A DNA stretch of 64,000 bases from NCBI GenBank assembly GCA_030141605.1, contig JAQGDQ010000023.1, positions 496,001-560,000 of the forward strand, given 5' to 3'. Each line of letters begins with the position of its first letter. Within the stretch, counting starts at the first letter, position 1. The DNA is from Tubiluchus corallicola. Taxonomy: Eukaryota > Animalia > Priapulida. Both the position numbers and the translations under genes were made by a program. The notes under the pieces are model-generated. The model had not been told where the DNA came from and did no database searches. It saw only the letters and a program-made list of their open reading frames with translations. Positions 40,321 to 51,124 of this stretch are shown piece after piece.

Positions 40321-40879
40321 AGAGGCAGATACAGTCTTCAGAAAAATGGTGGGCCAACAAAAAAGCAGTTATTGGTCTGGGAGCTGCCAATGCATTTCAT
40401 TGCATTTAAGACCATTTTTGCAACTGCTAGAAGTTATTTCCTCAAGTCGTTCAAGTTACATCAAACCTTTGACTCATGATTACACGCTACTATGTATACA
40501 CCACAGTATTCATGATATATATAACTTTCACGTGTTTTAAAAAGAACCCTTCTTATGATTATTATAATTTTTACAGGTATTAAATTTTAATAAAGGCCCT
40601 AAAGTTTAGCAAATCGCTCTAATGCTTATTCTATACATAAATACTTTTTATTATCCAAAAATGCATCCAACAACAAAATTATTATTTTTGATCATTATAA
40701 TTATATTTATCGTATATAATGACAAACAGAATGAAATTTTAGTTCTTCCATTTCTCAGTAAGCGAACTGACAAAATACGGCCGCAATCCATATTTACAGA
40801 CAGTAGTGTTGAGAATTTACTTCCAGAGAAGTTTAAAGTAAATATCCCTCACAGAATTCATTATACTTTTTTATGACTA

Positions 40880-42060
40880 TAAGCCAAGTGATTTTCAATT
40901 ATACTAAATTTTTTAAGTCTTTAGATTGTGAGGATGTTAAAAAGATTCTTAATACTGTCTGTGATTGCAAAAAACTGTTTTATACAAGCTACATGGCCAC
41001 ATAGTTTCTGGTGAACTTAATATTAGTGAACATAAGGAGGTTAGAGAGCTTATGACCTTGTGGTCATTTATAGAAAATATCACCTTCAAGTTTTGTCGGA
41101 TGAATTATGGGTTGGTAGATATACATTTGCTGCTGTGGATCGCAGGAACTAGTAAGTGTTAAAAGCTTTCAGTTTTAGTTACTGAAGGTTTAATTGTTGT
41201 TAGGGATTATTTTAGGAGATACTGTGGTGGTATAGCTAAAAATTCAGTGGCTAATATGTTTTGGAGCATAAAATCTAATATAGAGTTTTTGGGTAAGTTT
41301 CACAGAGTAAATATTCCTTCTGCTCAAGTGTTTGATTTTTCTACTTTATATACGAATTTAGAACTGCAATTAGTTAAGGATGGCATTTTCCATATTCTGG
41401 ATATTGTATTTAGTTCATTTAACTAGTATTTATGTGTTAGTTTCAAAAAATTGTTTTTAGCAGTGTGTTATGTATGCTGGTTATCACTGCTTTGATAAAA
41501 TCAAATTCAAAACAGCTATTGATTTTATTTGGTTTAATAAAAGGGGATACCGATGGGGGGGAAATACTAGTCCATTGTTAGCTGACATTTTTTAAGTTTT
41601 GTGAATTGTCTTTTATACGGAAAACACTAAAAGAGAAAAAGTTAGATCTGGGTAGAATCCTTCCTAATACCAACAGACGTATCGATGACATCTTTGTGGT
41701 TAATTATGAATTTTTTGAAACTTAGATTTCTAAGTTTTATGCACAGAGTTTAGTGGCAGCAATATCAAGTTTGTTAATTATTTGGACGTTTCGGTAACAA
41801 TCACTGGTAACTGTGTTTCAACAGGTATTTTTCATAAAGTTGATGATTTCTCCTTTCCTGTCGTTATGTATATTTTTCATTCTAGCAATATTCCACTTAA
41901 GGTAGGTTATAATGTTTTCTGTTCAATTACTTAGGTATGCCTGGCTATGGATCATTACGTTCAAGTAAGGAGGGCTGAGTCTTCTTCAATCTTATGAAAA
42001 TGTTTTTAAAAGACGCCGTTTTCTTTTATATAAGTTTGGTTAGCTTTCAGTAAGCACGTG
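40880..42060 (+). mobile_element. Decayed Penelope-like retroelement RT (Naiad/Chlamys-type motifs)
   Basis: Through frameshifts: IAGTSKC, FWSIK, FDFSTLYTNL, GIPMGGNTSPLLADIF, RRIDDIFV, VNYLDV, FHKVDDFSFPVVMYIFHSSNIP..GYNVF, LLRYA. Confidence 0.8.
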
Positions 42061-43329
42061 GCTGTTGACTTGACGTGACTTTTGTGATGACAAACTTGTC
42101 TAGTCTTTTGTCGCTTTGCGGCGGTGTTGTAAGAGCCCTTCTCTTTGTTGCAATTGGTTTACTTCCGTGTATGCTTTCTGTTGATGTCATTTAATAAGTG
42201 GACTTTATTCCAGTAAATTCAGAGTATAACACACCCAGTTAAGACTTCTGCATTTCATCTTCTCGGTCCATTTTTCTTCTTTTATTTTGTCGTACAATGA
42301 ATTCGCAAATTTTGCAGCAATCTCTCATTGACTGTATTCAGCCAAAAAATCTCGCGACAATATGAAAACTCTTAACCATATCTTCAAACTGAAAGAAAAG
42401 CATTTGAAGATCTGCCACATTGTACAAAGGAGACGGGCGACAAAGGCCAGACAAGTCACTGGAGTGCATGTGTATTGTGATTAACTGTTGTTTATTTTAT
42501 ATTTTTTTGGTAGCAGCGTTTTGTTGGCATTTTTTGTTATTAAACGCTTTACGAATTTATGTGTTTTTCAAATAAATTCATCACTGAACGGTACCAGACA
42601 ATTATAATTTACTTAATTGTTAGTTTAGTATGGTACTCTATCGAAAACCTTATCGATTTTTGTCTAACAATCAAGTATGCGTTGTGGTGGATTGGCTCAA
42701 TGGGCCAGCCCCTGAGTTAGGATACTGTTTGTTTCATCAAAGGGCTAATTGTTTTTACCACCAGACTGAGCAGCAAAAGTAGCATCCAATCGGAAGCTTA
42801 TACACATTTTTCCGTTACCTTTTTTAATCTAAGTGCAATGTAATTATTACTCGCTATACAATTATTTTAATTGCGTCCAGTCAACCCCTGCATTAAATTT
42901 TAATAGGAAGGATTTGCTGTTATAAACAACATGCGAGTCTCATAAAAATTGTCTGCGAACATATAATCGAAAATGAGGTGTGAAGAATTAAAAGATAATT
43001 AGCTGAGCATTCTTAATGCAAATGCTAAGTAAAGTGTGCTGGGGTGGGTTGGTTTGGGTAAGTTATGGTGGCTGATTCGGTAACATCATGTTTTTTGCCA
43101 CCCTTTCCCATTTTAATGGTTTATACTTGTATACTAATAATTAATATGTTTGTTTTTATGCCAGGGATAAATAAATTCGATTTGATATGATTTAGTATGC
43201 AAAACTTGCATCATTTGTAATAGAAACATAAGCATATTTATATTTATCAGTGATGATAATGATGAAGAAGAAGATGGTGATATCAATAAGAATTTCGAAT
43301 AATTACTTGGTCTACTTTAATAAACCTGC

Positions 43330-44376
43330 TGTAGGAAACCGAGTAGACCACTGAGCCAAGTAGACCACTTCTGGTAAAACCAATGCGCTAAAAGTAGTGT
43401 CCTACATTGGCAGCCCAAGTAGGACACTAGCGATTTTTGTCGAGAATCGGTAATTTTGTCAAATTTTTGAAAATTCTGTGAGTTTCTTCATTTTATTAAA
43501 AACTGTGCTTGTTGGTTGAGTTGTCGTCAGTTTGGCGTCATGAAAACTTGCTTGACCAGGTGTTTAACTCAGCATGCAGTACGAAGGTATTGTTTTGCGA
43601 TGACTTTTGTAACTCGTTCACTGAACGAGAGTTTGTTTGGTAACAAAGCAGCTCTTTTAGCACTCTAGCATTGTTCAGCAGTATGGTTATAATAGAGAAG
43701 AATTGAAAAAATACTACAGGAAAATGTCAAACATTAATTTCGTCATTATGATTAGCTCCATTAATATCATCATAACATTAAACCTAGTATCTAATGCTTT
43801 AAAGAGAGAAACTTTGCACACAGTTATTACAGAAATAATTGCAAATTTAAAAATGAGACAGATGCTGCTAAGCCTTCACAACACCAAAAAGTAATTTTTA
43901 ACATTTAAGAAAAGCAAGGATAATTAGTTTTAATATTATCAGTAGTATTGTAACATGTAGGGCACTGTCCTACATGGCTCGCTAGCCCATGTAGGACACA
44001 TAGATCCCTAGAACGTTTACTTATAAGAAAACAATTATTTGCCCAAGAGGTAGGGAAACGGATCACCTGTTTGTGAAGTGAGACAAAATCAAAAATGATA
44101 TACCTTAAACAAATGTTGAATTCGCAAAAAAGTGGTTTTTTTCACTTCAACAACATTAATATCGAAACCAAATTTAATATTGTCCGTTCTACCAGCTCAG
44201 AATAAAATTCTTTTATTTTATTAGATGTATAATAAATTATTCAACGTGTACTAACGTTTTTAATTATTATTATTACATAAACAAGCACAACGAATGGTGT
44301 CAGTACACTTAACGACTCAATTCGCGACCTGTCTCTAGTGTCCTACTTGGCTCAGTGGTCTACTCGGCTCCTAACA
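43330..44376. mobile_element. Non-autonomous DNA transposon (MITE) with ~40-bp TIRs and subterminal repeats
   Basis: Left taggaaaccgagtagaccactgagccaagtagaccact; right agtgtcctacttggctcagtggtctactcggctccta; internal gtcctac/gtaggac palindromic repeats at ~43398 and ~43965. Confidence 0.85.
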
Positions 44377-46612
44377 CCTGCATTGACACATCTTTAGAAA
44401 AATTTTTGTGAGATAAAGCTTTCGATTTTTTGTGTTTGCCTCTCCTTCTCTCCCTTCTCCCCTCATCTTTTCCTCTCTGCCTTTCTCCTCTCCCTCCCTA
44501 TCTGTCTCCAGTCTTTTTCTCTCTCCTGCTCTATCCCTTACGGCTCTGTTATTAATAACTATCAGAATCATTGAAAGTGCAGCAGACTGTCAGAATGTGC
44601 CGTATTTTTAGTGTTGATGTTTTTGTACATGTACATTCTCCCTAAATCAGCGAAGTAATTCAGCATAGCAGTGAAAGGAACTGCCAAAAGTGAGAGTCCT
44701 AAGCAGTCACCCAACTAATCAGTTTGGTAGCCAACCACATGATGTGTTTACTCATTGTTGCGTATATGCAAAGATTAACATGACGTTATAAATCTACTTT
44801 CTTGCCTTGCTGAGTTGACCAAATTTTTTCATCATACAATCACTATTAATCAAAGTTAAGTTACTTTTCATTTCACATCATCTAACTGCGCTTCAAAAAG
44901 GATTTAATACTTTTTCTGTGAATTTTATTTTCTTGGAAATGGCGGTTTTGGGAAACATTTTTTTCTGGGAAGTAAATGTTCTGGCAAAAAAGTTTTATGT
45001 GTAGTTTTTTGTTGGGGAAAAGTTATTTCTGGCAAAAACTGACAAAATGTAGCAATTTAATTATTTATCCGGGTTAAAGTACATTTCATGGTCATCTGGT
45101 ATATCACTGATTAATATTTTACGACACTGTCTTATCCCTCATTAATTATAGGCTTGCAGTCTGCTGAATTAATAGTCTTCAGATCCATCATATCGAATAT
45201 GGGATCGCTCGGTGAAAATCGATAGAGACCTGGATTGTGACAGAGTGCCCAGCTCGTGTACCTTTGACTTGAGTCAATGCCTCCGAAAATGAGTCATCAG
45301 TTTACTTACCTCTAATAATGACATTGGTAGATCTATATTAATTTTGTTCTATACAGGCGGTGAAAGACAAAAGGTAGGGTTGTGGAGTTTTGAAGGAGTC
45401 AGTAAATATCTGACCAACTCCAGCTTGACAAAATGCATTTTAAGACAATGTAGCATTAGGCCTCTAACAGCATAATTGAAATCGAAACACAAACTTTTTC
45501 TTTATTGAATTTGAATTGAATTAAAGAATTTATTATTTGTCTCTGTATACGTCAATTTTATAACATATTTATAATTGTTGGTAAACTCTAAACAATGAAA
45601 AGGCACAATTAGTTGATTTAAACGCTCAGGACTGCCTTTAACATAAATGCTAAAAACTAAGAGCACCGTAATTTGGAGCATATTATCGAAAATAAGGTGC
45701 GACGAATTTAAACATAATTAAGCCGACCATTATTAATGTAAAGGCCCCGTATATATGTGTGTACAAGTCGACCATAAAATATTAAGATCTTACAGAGTAA
45801 ATGATGTCAACAATGGCCGAGTAATAAATCAATAGCCTACTGTGTTAGTGTGTAAGATACGTGCAAGTGTCTGGGCCGAGTATATTATACCTACCGGATG
45901 TATATATATATATATATATATATATTCATGTTGAGGGCCCTCAATTCAAATCCATGATAATGCAGCCTGGCCTTTCATTGCGCATAATTGTTTGTAATGC
46001 CTTTAACTCATTGGTATATCGCAGCCAGGATGTCGTAACATTTCAGTCGCCAATTTCTCGCTTTCTCATATACATTAAAATAAATTAGAGTAATATTCTG
46101 TGAAGTGATGTGAAGTATCGCAGTATGAGTGTTCATTCAGTCCAGCGTATAATGAAGGATTATTTGTTTACATATATGTGTTGTAGACGACTCTTTAGCG
46201 ACATCTCCCAAAAACATACCGAAAGTATAAGTCAACCCCAAAAATTTCACCTTAAAATCGCCTCCAAAAAATCGACTTGTACATAAGTATTTACGGTAAG
46301 TATGCAAAACGTTACCTTGCAAAACTTGCATCATTTATAATTAGAAATGTATGTATCGGTAATGATAGTGAAGATGATGACGATCTTGTCTGTTTGGTTA
46401 TAAAGTCACGAGTCAGAGAAGAAATTAAAAGAACTCCTGGAGTTGGGAGTCTTGAGTCGATAGGTTTAACTCCACAAGCATAATTTAAATGACACCTAGC
46501 TAATAATCAGTTTTAGAAAATTTCTGGTAGGGCATTCCTTAGCGGCATCTCATACAATTTTTCTTGCAGGCATATTTCCGAGTGGTGCTGACTTTCTAAA
46601 AGAAGAGTCAAT

Positions 46613-49600
46613 ATGTCAAAAAGAAAGCAGTGCACCCCTACTAAGGCAATGCCTGCAAAACGTCAGCAATTATCGTGGAACATGACAGATACATTTGCTG
46701 CTCCACCAAGCTCCAGGATTGTTGATGCTTTGGAATGTGCTTCTGAGAAACAGCCATCTGATGTGCACTGTTCAACTGTCGCTGGAAACAAGTACAATTA
46801 CAAGCTGCAGTCAATGTATTTTACAAATTACGGTGATGATGAAGATGCTGATAATCTTTTCAGTGATGGTTCGTCAACCTTGAGGTTACTGCCTGCTAGT
46901 TGTTTGCTACAGCAGAATGTGGGTACTGCAGGCAAGGAAATCCATATACACGAGAAGAAAGAGCTCAACTCATTACATGATAAACTGAAACTTTCATCTA
47001 TGCTAATGGATTGTCATTTTTTATTAAAGATTAATCTTGAGCCTGATGAGAGTAAAATGCTTTTCAAAATAGGCGAACTCAGTCTAAATTTGTTAGGTAA
47101 TATTGAATTATGTAATACAGAAGAGCTTTACTTATACGTCAATGAAAATGATTCGAAACTATGTGTTGCTTATCTAGAAAATAAAATGAACTCTGGTGAG
47201 CTGTTGGTACAAGTGGAGATTACTACTACACTGCAACCTGACTTACTTCGGCCACTCAAGAAAGAGAAATTGTTTCAATTAGTGCTGTCTAATTATTACT
47301 CTGGTTACATCACATCTGGTACCATACGTGTTGACATATATATTACTCAAGCCCAATTGTATCAACTGAATTATCCAAGTGAAGTCAAAGGTACTTATCA
47401 GACTCGTGCAGCCAATAGAAAACTGTTTAACCATTTGCTGGGATTTGACTGCCCAGATTATAAACAAAGTTCAAAAAAAGCAGATCTGGGTGGATTATTT
47501 ATAGCGATTAAAGAACAACACAGAATGAATGCTGAAAGTGTTGCTATTAACATACAAAGCACTGCGTTGATACCCGTGTTACGCCCTTATCAACAAGATG
47601 CTGTGATATGGATGTTGAATAGAGAAGGGTTTGAGTCGAAGAAAATTTTTTGTAAAAAAAGTGACCGTGACCTGCACATGTTGTATCGCGAGGTGAATTT
47701 TAATAATAAGATATTGTATTATAATACATTTACGGGTGGGTTCACTTTGGTGAAGCCACTAGAGTTGCCCGAGCCATATGGAGGAATCTTAGCAGATGAA
47801 ATGGGACTTGGAAAAACAGTGGAAGTTCTAGCATGTATTCTTTTACATCCTAGAAGTGATATCGATACTGATACCACCAATAGATACAAGAAGCTTATTA
47901 GTAAAAGCATCGATAAAAGACTAGGTTCGATTATTAATACAAGTGAAACAGATGCTGCCTGTCATACTATAGACTTCCTTGTGAGTGAAGTAACCAAAGC
48001 TGCTGAAGACAGTTTTGTAAGTGATGTGCTTCAGTGTTATTCAGATAGGGAAGTGGGATTTTTGGAGTGCACATGTGGGGTACCACACTGGGATGATCAG
48101 ATGAGGCAAGTTCAGTGCCAGCAATGTTACCGCTGGCAGCATAGCAAGTGTGTTAATTATTATGGCTTGGAAAAGCATTACTTGTGTCCGCATTGTCTCA
48201 TTTATCAAATGCCCGTAAAATCAAAAACAACTCTCATTGTCTCTCCGAAGTCTATATGCCACCAGTGGGTTGAGGAAATAGAAAAGCATGTCAGAAATGA
48301 TACTTTAAAATTGTTAGTTTATAAAGGTGTTCGTAAGCATGGGTTTATTCAACCTAGCACATTGGGGAGTTACGATATAGTCCTTACAACTTATGAAATA
48401 TTCAGCCGTGAAATCAACAATGTTGATTTACCACATGGAAAAGGGGAAGGTGGGCGATGTCTGCGGCATCCTAAAAGGTTTATGGCTATCCCAAGCCCTT
48501 TGACTGCTGTGCAGTGGTGGAGGGTTTGTCTGGATGAGGCTCAAATGGTTGAATCAGCAAACTCACAAATGTCAAAAATGGCTCTGAAACTTAGTGCTAT
48601 AAATCGGTGGTGTGTGACAGGCACTCCCATACAGCATAGCATTAATGATCTACAGGGATTATTTATGTTCCTTGGCTATGATCCTTACTGGGAAAAAGTG
48701 TGGTGGAAAGAACTACTACTTCAGCCATACTATGCTGGTGTTACAAAACCAATGTATGATGCAATTTCCAAAGTTATGTGGAGAACGGCTAAGAAGGATG
48801 TTGAGGACCAAATTCAAATTCCACTGCAAACAGAAAAACTGCATTGGTTGACCTTTTCTCCAGTTGAGGAACACTTCTACCGCAGGCAGTATAATGAGTG
48901 CAGCAAGGAAGCACACAAAAACCTTTCAAAATGGCATGACAGCAAAGTGCGGCTTGCTAACCTAGACAGACAAACTATGCACCGTTTGTTGCATCCATTA
49001 CTGCGACTGCGACAGGCTTGCTGTCATCCTCAAGCTGTTCGAGGACAATTCATTCATGTCCAACGAAATACAATGACCATGGAAGAGCTTTTAGAAAACC
49101 TAATTAAAAAATCTCAACTGGAAGCTGAGAATGCCCATAGGCAACTCATTGCATCTCTCAATGGCTTGGCAGGTGTAAGTATCATAAATGGTGATTATGT
49201 GAAAGCTGCTGAATTATACAGGGAGGTGCTGAGGTCTGTAGAAGGACACAGTGAGCAGCTGAAAACAGATTCGTTTCAGCAACTGCATACGCTCCATAAT
49301 CTCCACGAAATCCTTACTTATCACAAGGAAGGCATACCACCTACTCTTAGAGATCACCAGTTGCATGCTCAGGCAATGGAAATACGGGACAAACATCTAA
49401 ACGAGTGTGTTACCAATGCTGAGAAGGCACGGAAAGAAGTACAACTAGCACAAAACAATGTTGATGACTTGGCAGGATCTTGTGACATGAAGAATTATCC
49501 TTGGTGGACTGATGCAGCAGAGTTGATAGTAGAATGTGGACGTGAACGCGATCTCATTGTAAAACTATGGGAAGATTTAGATTCCAAACAAAAGGTGCAA

Positions 49601-51124
49601 CAAGGCATATTACATAGATATGACATAAATAGCATAACCAAGTTACAGTATGTAATTGCTAGTCATGTTGATAAATTAGAGTCAGCTAGAAAAGATCTCC
49701 TTGGAGCTTTGAAGCTTGTAGATATACATCCTACGAAGAAAGTAGTTAATGAATCAGTAGAATGCCATTTGCGACCATTAGGTGCAAGTTCACAAAAATG
49801 TTGTTTATGCAAATGTGACGATTTTTTTGTAAAGTATGAAGCATGGCTGTTTCTCTTTGTGAAACGGCAAGAGCAGAATGAAGAACAGTTATCTGACAGC
49901 AAAATCAGAGGCAGTGGCTCTTGGGCAGATAGTGAAGTAGAAACTGCTTTAAAGATAATGCTGCATTTTGTGAAATTAGAGAAAGCCCCGAAAGAGTTAA
50001 TACTAGCTGCAGAAAAGCACTTTAAGGTTTTGGAAATGATGAAAAAGCAATTTAAAAGTCTGCGAGCACTTTGGACTGCATGCAGAGACCATATCAGTAT
50101 GATAGATGAAATAAATATGGCTACTACACGTTTGAGGCTTCGACTTGCTAATGAAGAGGTACCAAAGATGAACAGGCTGCAAAAGTTAACATGTGATGAG
50201 GATGATTTTCAGCAGCCTTTGAATGTTCTAGAGCCTACTGAGCTTGAACAGCATAAATTACAACTCAAATCTGATCAAATTTTGGCTGAGAAAGAATTGC
50301 AACTCAAACTTGGTCACCTGAATTACTTGAAGAATCTAGAAAAAGCCGATTATGGCAAAAATGGCAGTTTCAATCCAGACACATGCCCTACCTGTTACAG
50401 AGCTTTGGGTGTTGAATGGAGTGTTTTGGTGTGTGGCCACTGCTTTTGTCTTGACTGCATTAAAATAATGGCCGAGCGGTACAGTTTTGGTGGGCGCCAC
50501 CGTACGACCAAATGTGCAGTCTGTCGTAATATAACACAGCTGACAGATATATCTTATGTAAGTACAAGTCGGTTCGACAAAGATAGTAGTCCAATACAAG
50601 GCAGTCATTCTACTAAAGTAGAAGCCATAGTGAGATGCTTATTAAACATCCAACGAGAAGATGTCACTGCTAAATCACTTATTTTTTCCACCTGGGCTGA
50701 TGTGTTGAATATTATCGCAGATGCTTTAGATGAGAATAAGATCAGCTATCGATTGCTACATGCTCATAACAAATATGAAGAAAATCTCACTGCTTTCAAA
50801 CAGGATCCGAGCGTGAAGGCACTGCTACTGCCCATTCATTCAGGTGCAAAAGGCTTAAATTTAATAGAAGCTGCTCATGTTTTAATTACTGAGCCTGTTC
50901 TTAATCCAGCTAATGAAGTGCAGGCCATTGGCAGAGTTCACAGAATTGGCCAAACTCAGAAAACTTATGTTCATAAGTTTTTGGTTAGAAACACGATTGA
51001 AGAGAAGATGCATAATATGATGCATGCAGTATCTTCTACGTCCACAGTTCCAATCAGCATTGATACTGATTATAACACCCTGACTATAGGAGATTTAAAT
51101 GAGCTGTTTGAAGACCAAGTATAG
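46613..51124 (+). CDS. SHPRH: E3 ubiquitin ligase SHPRH (SNF2 helicase, PHD, RING), intronless CDS, 1503 aa
   Basis: LRPYQ, GGILADEMGLGKTVE, PHD CTCG..QCQQC..WQH..C..CPHC, WWRVCLDEAQMV, RWCVTGTP, LRQACCHPQ, RING CPTC..CGHCFC..C..CAVCR, HELICc GLNL..QAIGRVHRIGQ. Probable 5' UTR intron 46296-46569. Confidence 0.96.
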   Translation: MSKRKQCTPTKAMPAKRQQLSWNMTDTFAAPPSSRIVDALECASEKQPSDVHCSTVAGNKYNYKLQSMYFTNYGDDEDADNLFSDGSSTLRLLPASCLLQQNVGTAGKEIHIHEKKELNSLHDKLKLSSMLMDCHFLLKINLEPDESKMLFKIGELSLNLLGNIELCNTEELYLYVNENDSKLCVAYLENKMNSGELLVQVEITTTLQPDLLRPLKKEKLFQLVLSNYYSGYITSGTIRVDIYITQAQLYQLNYPSEVKGTYQTRAANRKLFNHLLGFDCPDYKQSSKKADLGGLFIAIKEQHRMNAESVAINIQSTALIPVLRPYQQDAVIWMLNREGFESKKIFCKKSDRDLHMLYREVNFNNKILYYNTFTGGFTLVKPLELPEPYGGILADEMGLGKTVEVLACILLHPRSDIDTDTTNRYKKLISKSIDKRLGSIINTSETDAACHTIDFLVSEVTKAAEDSFVSDVLQCYSDREVGFLECTCGVPHWDDQMRQVQCQQCYRWQHSKCVNYYGLEKHYLCPHCLIYQMPVKSKTTLIVSPKSICHQWVEEIEKHVRNDTLKLLVYKGVRKHGFIQPSTLGSYDIVLTTYEIFSREINNVDLPHGKGEGGRCLRHPKRFMAIPSPLTAVQWWRVCLDEAQMVESANSQMSKMALKLSAINRWCVTGTPIQHSINDLQGLFMFLGYDPYWEKVWWKELLLQPYYAGVTKPMYDAISKVMWRTAKKDVEDQIQIPLQTEKLHWLTFSPVEEHFYRRQYNECSKEAHKNLSKWHDSKVRLANLDRQTMHRLLHPLLRLRQACCHPQAVRGQFIHVQRNTMTMEELLENLIKKSQLEAENAHRQLIASLNGLAGVSIINGDYVKAAELYREVLRSVEGHSEQLKTDSFQQLHTLHNLHEILTYHKEGIPPTLRDHQLHAQAMEIRDKHLNECVTNAEKARKEVQLAQNNVDDLAGSCDMKNYPWWTDAAELIVECGRERDLIVKLWEDLDSKQKVQQGILHRYDINSITKLQYVIASHVDKLESARKDLLGALKLVDIHPTKKVVNESVECHLRPLGASSQKCCLCKCDDFFVKYEAWLFLFVKRQEQNEEQLSDSKIRGSGSWADSEVETALKIMLHFVKLEKAPKELILAAEKHFKVLEMMKKQFKSLRALWTACRDHISMIDEINMATTRLRLRLANEEVPKMNRLQKLTCDEDDFQQPLNVLEPTELEQHKLQLKSDQILAEKELQLKLGHLNYLKNLEKADYGKNGSFNPDTCPTCYRALGVEWSVLVCGHCFCLDCIKIMAERYSFGGRHRTTKCAVCRNITQLTDISYVSTSRFDKDSSPIQGSHSTKVEAIVRCLLNIQREDVTAKSLIFSTWADVLNIIADALDENKISYRLLHAHNKYEENLTAFKQDPSVKALLLPIHSGAKGLNLIEAAHVLITEPVLNPANEVQAIGRVHRIGQTQKTYVHKFLVRNTIEEKMHNMMHAVSSTSTVPISIDTDYNTLTIGDLNELFEDQV

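Noticed and set aside
45270-45305. Hammerhead-like CTGATGA on the minus strand (also 16221, 25474, ~27140)
   Set aside because: No properly placed GAAA after a helix II.
46311-46325. X-box-like GTTACCTTGCAAAAC near the Rab/SHPRH promoter
   Set aside because: Half-site spacing and sequence deviate from the RFX consensus; too weak.
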